64,000 nucleotides of DNA from NCBI RefSeq assembly GCF_001194135.2, contig NC_068992.1:45631817-45695816 (forward strand), in the 5' to 3' direction. A program made the translations under genes and the position numbers. Numbering within the stretch: position 1 is the stretch's first letter; every line of letters starts with the position of its first letter. The stretch is from Octopus bimaculoides. Lineage: Eukaryota. Below the pieces are notes generated by a model. It saw only the letters and a list, made by a program, of their open reading frames with translations. It did not search any database and had not been told where the DNA came from. Below, in pieces: positions 53,072 through 64,000 of the stretch.

Positions 53072-54230
53072 GTGTGTGTGTGAAAATTAATGAAAAATCT
53101 AAAAGTGATCAACTGCTGTGTGGATTGAACCACAGCAATCACCTTTCATCTCTCATCTAATCACATTTTAATCCTTTACAAGCAAATTTTAAATACACAA
53201 GGGAAAAATTATGAGCTTAAAATAACTATTGTCCTGTGACTTAAAATCTATAATGGAGTCGCTTATGTCATCTGGATATTTTTAATTCTCCTGCTATTGA
53301 AATTTGTTGTACAGGTGTGCATTGTAAATATATATATAAAAGAAGTAACTAATTTTAGTGTTCTAACATCTGTAAACGATATGTGAGAGTGATTTTTTGT
53401 AATGTGCTTCGGGCCAAATTGAATTAGGGAACGAGAGAAAGAGAATTTGCAAATGTAATGATGTAATTCATTCTATAAAATATAAAAATAGCTTTAAAAA
53501 ATAGTATTAAAGTATTTTTAAAACATGCAAATAAATGTTAATTTATACAAAACGTATGTCTCTTTTACAAAAAATATTCCCAACCATGTAATATGGTAAT
53601 ATTAATTATTAGTAAGGGATGTATGGAAGGTATAAATATTAAGAATATTCATATATTTTCAGCTTAAAGGATAGAGGATATAATTTATGGTCAATTAGGT
53701 TCCCATGGAGACTGCTTTCACTTTAAGGCAATTGAGATTCCTCGGCTTTAGTTGATTTGGTTGTTTGACTGAGCGTGTAAACAAGAAACACAGGACAAAA
53801 TAGAATTTAGCTCAATGGAAGAAACAATATATAAGAATTCAAATATAGTTACACTGCGATTGCAAGGTTAAAAAATTTGCTGGAAGCACAAGAAAAACTG
53901 TTGCACATTACAAAAGTGAATTGCAATTAGGATATTATTTATGGGGTTTCAACAAATGTCATGTTAAACTTCTAATTAAAATATCACATGCTATTAAAAT
54001 ATTCTATGTTACATTAAGTAGTGATATCATGCTTTTGTATAATATTCTCTCTGTTTTCGTTTTATGTAAAAACATATTTCGTACAAGTTTATTAAATGAA
54101 TAATAAATTTCGATGCTTTTCTCGTTGTTTTTGTTGGTGGTAGTTGAGCGAAGAAAGTAAACGAGTAGATATAGATATAAGTTAGGTGCATACACGAGTG
54201 TGTATCTTTGTGTTCGTATGTATATATATA

Positions 54231-54292
<62 letters not shown>

Positions 54293-54880
54293 AAGTAAAA
54301 TCGAATAATGAATGTTTGAAAGAATTTAATACATACGTTTCATATGATTGCGTAAAACATAATAGGAAATACATTTCTTACGCAAGATCTTCTTCAGTTA
54401 ATAAATTTCAGCGTCAGTCTGTCCACACAAAAAACACTCCCAGCTGCATTGCAGTGAGATGGCGGCCATCTTGGATTTCCATGTATTCACGTGTAAGATG
54501 GAAAGTCATCTGAAAACAAAAGAAAATATTATTGTTCGGGGATCTGTGAACACCATATCTATCAAAATATATCTGAATTACTTTAGCTATCATAGCGTCA
54601 TGAATCAGGAAATATTTTTGCAGACACCCTGTATTATAATTTATAAGGCTTGATGCTAGTACAAACTAATCTGTACCGACTTGATTTACGCGTAGAATCT
54701 TAGAAAGTTTGAGTGTACTCACCATGACATTCTTTTTTTTCTACCAAGATCGGTCGCTCAAACACCACTTCGTATCCACTTCTTTTTTGTGTCTTCGTTT
54801 CTCTCTTCGTTTCTCTCTTCGCGTCGTTCACTGACCGGGTGAAACTGTCCTTAGCTGCTAGTATATATATATATATATAT

Positions 54881-55500
54881 NNNNNNNNNNNNNNNNNNNN
54901 NNNNNNNNNNNNNNNNNNNNNNNNNNNNNNNNNNNNNNNNNNNNNNNNNNNNNNNNNNNNNNNNNNNNNNNNNNNNNNNNNNNNNNNNNNNNNNNNNNNN
55001 NNNNNNNNNNNNNNNNNNNNNNNNNNNNNNNNNNNNNNNNNNNNNNNNNNNNNNNNNNNNNNNNNNNNNNNNNNNNNNNNNNNNNNNNNNNNNNNNNNNN
55101 NNNNNNNNNNNNNNNNNNNNNNNNNNNNNNNNNNNNNNNNNNNNNNNNNNNNNNNNNNNNNNNNNNNNNNNNNNNNNNNNNNNNNNNNNNNNNNNNNNNN
55201 NNNNNNNNNNNNNNNNNNNNNNNNNNNNNNNNNNNNNNNNNNNNNNNNNNNNNNNNNNNNNNNNNNNNNNNNNNNNNNNNNNNNNNNNNNNNNNNNNNNN
55301 NNNNNNNNNNNNNNNNNNNNNNNNNNNNNNNNNNNNNNNNNNNNNNNNNNNNNNNNNNNNNNNNNNNNNNNNNNNNNNNNNNNNNNNNNNNNNNNNNNNN
55401 NNNNNNNNNNNNNNNNNNNNNNNNNNNNNNNNNNNNNNNNNNNNNNNNNNNNNNNNNNNNNNNNNNNNNNNNNNNNNNNNNNNNNNNNNNNNNNNNNNNN
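54881..55500. other. Assembly gap within (TA)n
   Basis: N run. Confidence 1.
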
Positions 55501-56291
55501 NATATATATATATATATATATATATAATATTTAATAACAGTTTGATTCAGCCCTATGGAAATTAAAGTTAGGAAGATGCATCCATATTCATATACTCGCA
55601 TACATAACTCTCTCTCACTCACTCACTCTCTATCTTTCTTTCTTTCCTTCTTTCCATTCTTCTCAATTTTTCTATGTCTGTCTCTTTCAATACACACCTA
55701 CGTTCCGTCATGTGCCTGTACTGAAGATTTTGTGAATACATTTTATTACGATGTTTTAATAAATGCCAACTTGAGTTCATAATGACTATGATTAGAAACA
55801 ACTTTCCTTTCAAGCAGTCTACCTTACTATCTCTGCTATGATTCCAAACGTTAGATCTTCGTTACAAGACTTTGGACAGTTCCCATGTCGTGGCTCTTCT
55901 AATCACAATGCCGTCTGCTTTCTTCAATCTGATTGACCTAGACTAATCATGTTACACACCTAAGACAGCATCATCTCTGTCAGTTAACGAATAAAATCTA
56001 TTATTCCGCTCGAATAACGAAATCAAATTTACCAGCTTTAAAGACACCAGTGTCCTGAATAACACACTCTGCAATCATTCACTCTACGTTACACATTGGC
56101 AAAAAGAATGTTTTAAATAACGACCGGAACTTTCTTGTAACATTTTATACAATTTTAGGTATAGCATTTCCTGGTTTAGGCTTGGGATTAACACTTCAAA
56201 TTCAAAATTTCTCTTATAGCATATATAAGTTCATTATATGCCATTATGTTGCAATGTATCTTTACACATTGCATACACGCAATATAAATAT

Positions 56292-56404
<113 letters not shown>

Positions 56405-56516
56405 AAATGCAGAATGTACAAAAAGGAGAAAGGATTAATTTATCCCCACATAAACGTGGATGTTTTGTTAGAACAAATTATACTCTCATATTGGCTTTTG
56501 TTTATATTGCTAGCAG

Positions 56517-56643
56517 GGAGATGCATCTCCGTCGCCTCCAGCGCCGAGATCACCAGATCATGTTGATTTCGATCTTCCTTATCTTACTTCAACGGTGGAC
56601 GTTCGACCGCTAGATACAGCAGCGATTCATCTTCCTGCCATCG
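56517..56643 (+). CDS. Internal coding exon (phase 0-1) of an unidentified host gene
   Basis: Acceptor ttttgtttatattgctagcag| (NAGNAG; alternative start 56514) and donor ATCG|gtatgt. It is a ~50% GC, CpG-rich island in AT-rich DNA, with an open frame GDASPSPPAPRSPDHVDFDLPYLTSTVDVRPLDTAAIHLPAI. Confidence 0.65.
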
Positions 56644-57016
56644 GTATGTAAGATAATAGTTCTAGAAAATGCGTTGGTGTCGTGGTTAGCCAGTGAGCTT
56701 GTTAAAAAAATATTTATTAGCGACAGAGACAGTATTAATACCGAGAGGATATATAGACACTCACAGACACACACACACGCACACACACACACACACACAT
56801 TAATTGTCTTCTAAGCGAGTTCAGTTTCAGTGAGCTAGAACAAAAAGTATAAATTCCATATCGATAAAGGAGTGTGGCCCAACCTATTGGAATGTGTGTG
56901 GATGGAAGGCAACTTTTGTCTTTCCAGCACAATACTAAAGACATGACACTAACTTCCATAACTACTATCATTTTTGTTAAAACACACACTTTACCACACG
57001 CCCAACATGGCGTTCT

Positions 57017-57117
57017 TACAATTCGTCTAGCAATTGTATACAAATATATTATTTGTATACAATTGCTAGACGAATTGTATACAAATATATACAAATATAT
57101 TATTTGTATACAATTGC
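57017..57117. repeat. Perfect 30-bp palindrome with a 3-nt spacer, plus a partial tandem copy
   Basis: 57017-57046 is the exact reverse complement of 57050-57079; the inner part recurs at 57073-57117. Confidence 0.97.
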
Positions 57118-57193
57118 CAAATTTTTGTTAATATTTTCCCCCGAGAAATATACACTCGTATTCTTGACATAACTCTTCCACTTTTTTTCTTTT

Positions 57194-57410
57194 GCGTGAG
57201 TTGACACATATCCATATCCGGGCGAAATGTTCAGCGACATTTCATCCGTCCTCATGTTTTGAGTTCAAATATCGCCGATGTCAACTATGCTTTTCATCTT
57301 CTCAGGGTCGATAACATAAGTACCAGTTGAACCCTGTGGTCCATGTAACCGACTTGCCCCCTACCCCGAAATAGTTGGCCTTGTGCCAAACTTGGAAACC
57401 AATATTATTA
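57194..57410 (+). mobile_element. SINE family A, diverged
   Basis: ccgggcgaaatgttcagcgacatttcatccgtc...gagttcaaat..gggtcgataacataagtaccagttg...gttggccttgtgccaaacttggaaaccaatattatt. Confidence 0.85.
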
Positions 57411-57792
57411 AGGTCAGTGAAGAAAGTGGGGGCGGCAGCGGCGTCAGTGGTGGCGGCAGCGGTAACGCCGGTCGTAGTGGTGGTGGCGATGGTCTTTGGG
57501 ATGTTTTGGTTATTATCCTCTAGCTTCTATTTGCATTATTTGTTTACTTTTGTGCTTCTGAAACGGCGATTGTTTGTACTTATAACTGTTTCTACCCATT
57601 GGTTATTTGCTATTTTTACATTTGATTGAAGTGAAAGTTGCTCTGATATTGTTTTCAGACATATGCTAACACTTTCCCTTTCTGTCTGTCTGCCTCACAA
57701 TGCCTTTTTCTTATAAACTCAATATTTTAATAATAATACTCTTTAAAATATACCATGATATTGAACAACACATGCAGTCAGACATATGTACG

Positions 57793-57826
<34 letters not shown>

Positions 57827-57841
57827 CATATATGCACACAT

Positions 57842-57873
<32 letters not shown>

Positions 57874-58854
57874 TAGGATTGTTGTTTGGAAAGTATGAAC
57901 ATGTCAAATACTCTGGTTGTGTTTGCGTGTGTGGTGCGTGTGTGCGTTTGTGTGTGTTTGTGTGCGCGTGCTTGCGCGTCCACGTGTGTGTACACATGTG
58001 TGTGTTTGCATAGCATGAATTGTGACGTAGCCAGTTCCATGAAACGTATTTAACATGCATACGTTGGCATAGACATGCATAATATGTGTATTTGAAGTGA
58101 GCGAGAAAGAGAATGACAGAGTAAAGAAATGCACATAATGACAATGAGGGGAAAAAAACCACGACGATAAGTAACACCAGCAACAACAAAAAGAACAATA
58201 TTGACGAAACGACTATAGTTTTTCTCTCTCTATCTGAAGAGTCATACGATGTATGAGTTATAGTATGGGTGCATTATCTTGTATCAGTTGGAGAAATCGT
58301 TGAGTGGGCGTCTCACTCAGTTTGTATGTATGTCAACTAATGTACTGAAGTATATCAAATGCAGGTGTATGGTATGTGATAAAACACTTTATTATTGTGT
58401 ATTTATTTTGTTCCGTTATGCTGAGAGCTTTGTTGATCATAGAATGACAAGGCGTGGCTAGGTCACAAATGTTACTGCTAGAAAGGTAAGAGCAGCGATG
58501 GAAGGTGTAAAACGTGAAAGTAACGACAAAATGAACAGAGAAACTTTTTTTTGTCACAAATGGGAGAAAGATGAAATAATTGTAAAGGAAAGTTGAAGAA
58601 GAATGAAAGAGGTGTATATATTAGAATATGGAAGAATAGTAGAAGACACAGAAGAATAGCAATAATGAAGAAAAAATAAGCGAATAAAATATAAAAACGA
58701 AAGAGGAGAAGCAGGAAGGGCATGAGTTGGATGTGAACAAAGAACAATAGATAAATCCATTATAAAATTGACGAAACGGAAAAGTGGAAAATAAACATGG
58801 AAGAGGCGGAGTACGTTGTGATGATACGAAAACCTTGTTAGAAAATGCTGATTA

Positions 58855-58869
58855 ATAATAATCATAATG

Positions 58870-58932
<63 letters not shown>
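58855..58932. repeat. (AAT)n microsatellite
   Basis: Directly visible. Confidence 0.98.
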
Positions 58933-59695
58933 TCAAAAGCATTTGTACTACATGAAGAGCGCATCACTACTAGATATATTGTGAAGAATATCGACATTTC
59001 CTCAATATATATGACAAATGTTTCCTGTGTAAAGTATCTTTTAAAGCAACAGTCCACAATGCGTCGTCATGCACTGGCTCTGATAAAATATAATTGGACA
59101 CACTATAAGGTTGTAAAGCTGTTCTTCATACACCAAGTTATCAACTTTCAATTGCTCCCATAAAAATTTTTCTGGTCCTCATACAAGCTTCTAGGTGTAT
59201 TAAACAATAGCTGTTTAGAAATTTACGATGGAGTATGGTCACAAAATAACACATAATATAAAACTGATGCAAAAATATATCACTCGTGTATTAATTATTG
59301 ACTGCGTCTTAATGACCATATAATTGCGTAGAAGTGGGTTGAAAAGCAAAAGTTTCTCTCTGATAAAGCGAGTTTCAAATATAAACATTATATGGCAATT
59401 AACTGAACGGAATGCACGAGCATCATTATAATAACTATTGGTTGAGCAGCCGCAGCAATCACAACCGAAAGTGTGTGGTAGGGATACATTCTCAACTGTT
59501 CTGATATAAGGATATCAAATCTCAAGTAAACAATATAAAATCAAGCATAGAAAATGCTAAAAAGAATAAGATACTTCATTCTATGATTAAAACAATAAAA
59601 ACGGCAATGAAAAAGAAAGAGAAACGTTGATGAGAGAAAATAACATGGCAAAAAACAAATGAAGCTTCCGAAATTACGAGAGTAAGTTAATTATA

Positions 59696-60480
59696 CGCAC
59701 TCTTACTCAAACAAATGCAGGCGTTGAACGCTTACGTCGTTTTTCGACATAGTCTCTTTGCTTTTCGATGCACTTTTAACTGTCCACATGCTCCAGTCCA
59801 CAGGCTTGTATATTCAATCGAAGGTTTTTGGTTGATCGCACAGCTATGTATGCTCCACTTCCTGCTCTTCAATGTCCTTAGCAAATCGATTACCTCGTAA
59901 AGAATGTTTCAGGTAACAATCAGGAGATTTTGACTGTCTGCAGAGTATTCTAGCAACTTGAAATAGAAATTTTTAATCGTTTCAGCGGTGTGGACGGCTG
60001 TATGTCGGCGTACATTGTCGCGTAACAATAACCTTTGAGTTGACAATAGAGCTAGCCTTTTGGCGCGAAATACTGTTTTTAGTATGTTGGCCAGTATTTC
60101 AATTTCGCCTACGCTGGTGAATTTAAATCTCTTTTCCTGATAATGTTCCAGTATAGGCCCTTTTGTGTCCCCCAAAAAACAGTTAGCATCACATTTTCTG
60201 CAGAAGGTTGAGTCCTGAAATTCTGTTTCGCTGGCTATTTCTGGGTTTTTCCACTTCATACCTTGTCATCTGGATTCTGTCTTTAGACCATTATCTCCAT
60301 AACAACTTCGCCTTCATCATTTTAGCGTTGTTGAGTGAGCGTTGATAGATCTCCACACTATTGTTTTTATACGTTTCGATAAGCTCTTTTGTTAACCATG
60401 TTGCGCCAACTTCACAGAAGCATTGCCAACTTCACGAAAAATTGCAGCGATCTGACGTCCTGAAAATACCTCCCCATCTA
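59696..60480 (-). mobile_element. Mariner transposase pseudogene, C-terminal two-thirds, with a terminal TA
   Basis: Minus-strand pieces MKWKNP, GPILEHYQEK, LLLRDNVRRHTAVHTAETI (HDNARPH motif), LKHSLRGNRF and DYVEK; TA at 59694-95. Confidence 0.85.
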
Positions 60481-60654
60481 GATACCGAGCAAGTGAATCA
60501 CACTAAAGAGACAAACTGAAGTATAATGCGCCAGCTTTGTGAAATACGCAGCCACAGAACGCACTAGAATCAGTGAATAAGCTAATTGAACAAAGATAAT
60601 AATATTTAAACGCGATAAATGTAGTTTTTGTCACATCGTAGTACTTAAGTATAT

Positions 60655-60823
60655 TACCTATATATATATATATATAATATGCATATATATACATATATAT
60701 ACACATACATACACACACATATTTATATATATATATATGTATATATATGCATATACATATGTGTGTGTATATATATATATACATACACATATATATGTAT
60801 ATGTATGCATGCACAAACATATG

Positions 60824-60894
<71 letters not shown>

Positions 60895-60970
60895 ACACAC
60901 ACATATATATATATAGGCAATATACGTGAGTATTATTATGTGACAATATATGTATATATATATATATATT
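60655..60970. repeat. Compound TA/CA microsatellite field
   Basis: Directly visible. Confidence 0.97.
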
Positions 60971-61603
60971 GTTTACAATATTTCATTCTTTGTCACACAA
61001 TTGCTGCACAAACTAGCCTCTAGGCAGTGATTAGCAACTGCACAAAAAGGACAATGCATTGTTGCCTAAATAATAATGTTATCGTAACCTCAAAGCCTTC
61101 GTTAATTCTATTCAAAGAAAGGATGGCTGCAGAGATTGAAATATAAATTATATGATTCACCTTTAAAAAGAAAGTAAAAGTACTAACAATAATAATAGTA
61201 TAAATCTACGTTGCTTTTTATCATTTTGCAATCGTATACATGTGCGCATACACACAAACGCGCATTTTTTAACGCCTCTTATTCAATTTTCTTCTCTCGC
61301 TCTCTTCTACACTGTCCCCCTCTCTATGTATTCCCTCGGCCCCTCTCCTCATTTCTCACTTCACTTTATGTATGCGTGAATGTGAATGTCGTTTTCCTCT
61401 TTCCGTTTCTCACACGCAGGAATTCGTTTTCATTTTTGATCCAATGGCAGTTAAAGAATCCAAGGATGAAAATATTTCTTGCAAGTACATATTAAACAGA
61501 ATCCAAATGAAATGTTGTAATAACACTACTTATAATTAAGGTTATGCATATCCGGAAATGGTTTTCCGTAAGAAAAAAGGACTCACAGCTTTGTGAATTT
61601 ATT

Positions 61604-61670
<67 letters not shown>

Positions 61671-62316
61671 GTCTGTGACAAAGACATTGCGCATGCTTCG
61701 TCAAGCTTAGGGCGATGATGCAATGGGTCGTACGCACTGTTTCGATTGGCACGAGAACTTGAAAAGCGGAAGAACGGTTCTAGAAGATATGAAGCAACCT
61801 GAAAGACCTACCAAAATCATCACAAACGGGAAATGCGGAGAAAATTCGTCAGCTTGTGCAATAGCGTCGTCGGAGGACACACAAATATATTTTGAAGCGT
61901 TTGGGCGATGAATTCGGCAAAAAGTGACCAGATGAGTGGAGCGGTAAGAATTGGATTCGTCGCGACAACAATGTAGCCTGTCACTGAGCTCTTCTTACTC
62001 GTGAATTTCTCGCCAAATGCAACATGGTATCGCTTCCACACCCGCCCTATGCGCGAAACTTATCACCTGCAGACTTCAGCCTCTTCTCCAAGATGAAAAT
62101 GCAGCTCAAATGTTTTAGCACCATTGTCGAGTTCCAGAACGAATCGCAGAAGGTCTTGGACATGCTCACAGAAAAAGACTTACCCCGTTTTCCAAAAGTG
62201 GCAGAAACGCTTGGACCGGTGTTGCAGCGCACGTTGGCTATTTTGAAGTAGATGCTGTTAAAACTTAGGTGAATAAGTTATTTTCTATTTAAACATTACT
62301 CCGGAAACATACTATG
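61671..62316 (+). mobile_element. Mariner remnant, 5' end lost at a microsatellite, internally deleted
   Basis: TLRMLRQA*GDDAMGRTHCFDWH..KSGR (HTH), then a jump to WI..DNNVACH..REFLAKCNMVSLPHPPYARNLSPADFSLFSKMKMQLK (HPPYSPDLAPxDF motif) and ESQKVLD..QKWQKRLDRC. Confidence 0.9.
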
Positions 62317-63009
62317 TACATACAAGCACACATACATATATTTTTTATTAATAATCGACAGACGTTACAATCTTCTAAAGAGCAAGTTTTTCAATAGATA
62401 ACGATGTACGAAACTCTCAGTTTTCGAGTCACTCTGTACTGCAGCTAACATAAAAATACATATAGTCATGGTCTGCGTTTAGGTTTCCTGATTTCTGTCA
62501 CCAAACACCTGTTTGTGTATGTGTGTGTATACAAGAAGTGTGTATGCGTGTGCGTGTATGTCGTAGTACGTGCACGTGTCAGTGTGTGTGCAAGAAAGCA
62601 AATTCTGTTTGTGTGATAAGGCTACCGAAGTAAACATAAGTGTATGAAATGGAAAAAAAAGACACTTTACTTTCGTTGAAAAGTAAAATATTCAAAATAT
62701 AATATAGACAAAGAAATATATAGATTTTGTTACATAGACACCATTTGGTTTAAGACCGTGGCCAGGCTGTAGCAACAACTTCAGTGATATTGCAGCGATT
62801 CCATTCTGTGTTCCTAAACACATTTTTTTTTTGCACTCACAAACGATGTTTCTGAATTTCCCATCCTGTTTTCTTGATGCAGTTCCGATAAGTAAATCAA
62901 AAATCAATTATGAAACAGAAAGATATACGATATATATATTTTTTGCCATCGTACTGAGAAAATACATTTACCTCCCACTTTACTTAAGTGTTCATATATA
63001 TGTGTGTGT

Positions 63010-63056
<47 letters not shown>

Positions 63057-63351
63057 NNNNNNNNNNNNNNNNNNNNNNNNNNNNNNNNNNNNNNNNNNNN
63101 NNNNNNNNNNNNNNNNNNNNNNNNNNNNNNNNNNNNNNNNNNNNNNNNNNNNNNNNNNNNNNNNNNNNNNNNNNNNNNNNNNNNNNNNNNNNNNNNNNNN
63201 NNNNNNNNNNNNNNNNNNNNNNNNNNNNNNNNNNNNNNNNNNNNNNNNNNNNNNNNNNNNNNNNNNNNNNNNNNNNNNNNNNNNNNNNNNNNNNNNNNNN
63301 NNNNNNNNNNNNNNNNNNNNNNNNNNNNNNNNNNNNNNNNNNNNNNNNNNN
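63057..63351. other. Assembly gap within (TA)n
   Basis: N run. Confidence 1.
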
Positions 63352-63451
<100 letters not shown>

Positions 63452-64000
63452 ACTTATTATTTCTAATTTTGTTTGGCTTGTAACATTTGTGGTTGCTTCA
63501 TTTTGAAAAACCAAGGACGAATTGTTTACGTAAGTATTTCAGTCAGCATTTATATAGAAAGAGAAATAAACAAGCTGAGGTTTTGAAATGCTAACACACA
63601 CACACACACACACACATACACAAACACATATATATATATATATACATGTACATACATACACACACACATACACGCATATATATACACATACGTATATATA
63701 TATATATATACATATATACATATATGGATACATACATACGTATGCGTGTGTTAGAGAAAGAAAGTGTGTGCGTGTGTGTGGGTGCGTGTATATCTATGTA
63801 TGTATAACTGAAAAGGCTCATAAACAGGTGGGCTTAGAAATCCAAGATTAGGTACAGAAAATAAGCAAAAGAAGTTAAGTAGTAAGTTTTATCTTGACAG
63901 CTGTTTCGAGTGAGTGATAGCGTATGTTTAGCAACATTCGTTGCACAGTGAATTCGTACAGGATTGAGTAGCACGAATTTCAATGTATTCACGTGGGAAA

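Noticed and set aside
58443-58485. Exon with a strong AAG|gtaaga donor
   Set aside because: All three frames from the main acceptor contain stops.

Overview
AT-rich eukaryotic genomic DNA, most likely an octopod cephalopod such as Octopus. That assignment is an inference from the SINE families, the very dense TA/CA/GA/AAT microsatellites and the N gaps, which mostly abut (TA)n. The window has no long intact ORF; nearly all ORFs in the supplied track come from microsatellites or N runs. It looks intronic/intergenic and is filled with decayed transposable elements: about 15 tRNA-type SINE copies or fragments of three kinds, four mariner remnants, one Tc1/Tc3-like remnant, R4/Dong-type, RTE and L1/Tx1-type LINE fragments, a Penelope GIY-YIG fragment, a hAT-like end and a ~975-bp long-TIR non-autonomous element nested in a SINE. 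One fairly convincing + strand coding exon lies at 56517-56643. Several weaker exon candidates occur on both strands; no gene could be named. The most notable structures are a 69-bp minisatellite with a Cys-rich reading frame (~20.0-20.6 kb), the nested long-TIR element, a head-to-head inverted R4/Dong LINE junction, an internally inverted mariner and a perfect 30-bp palindrome near the exon. I found no convincing evidence of a novel multi-gene system.
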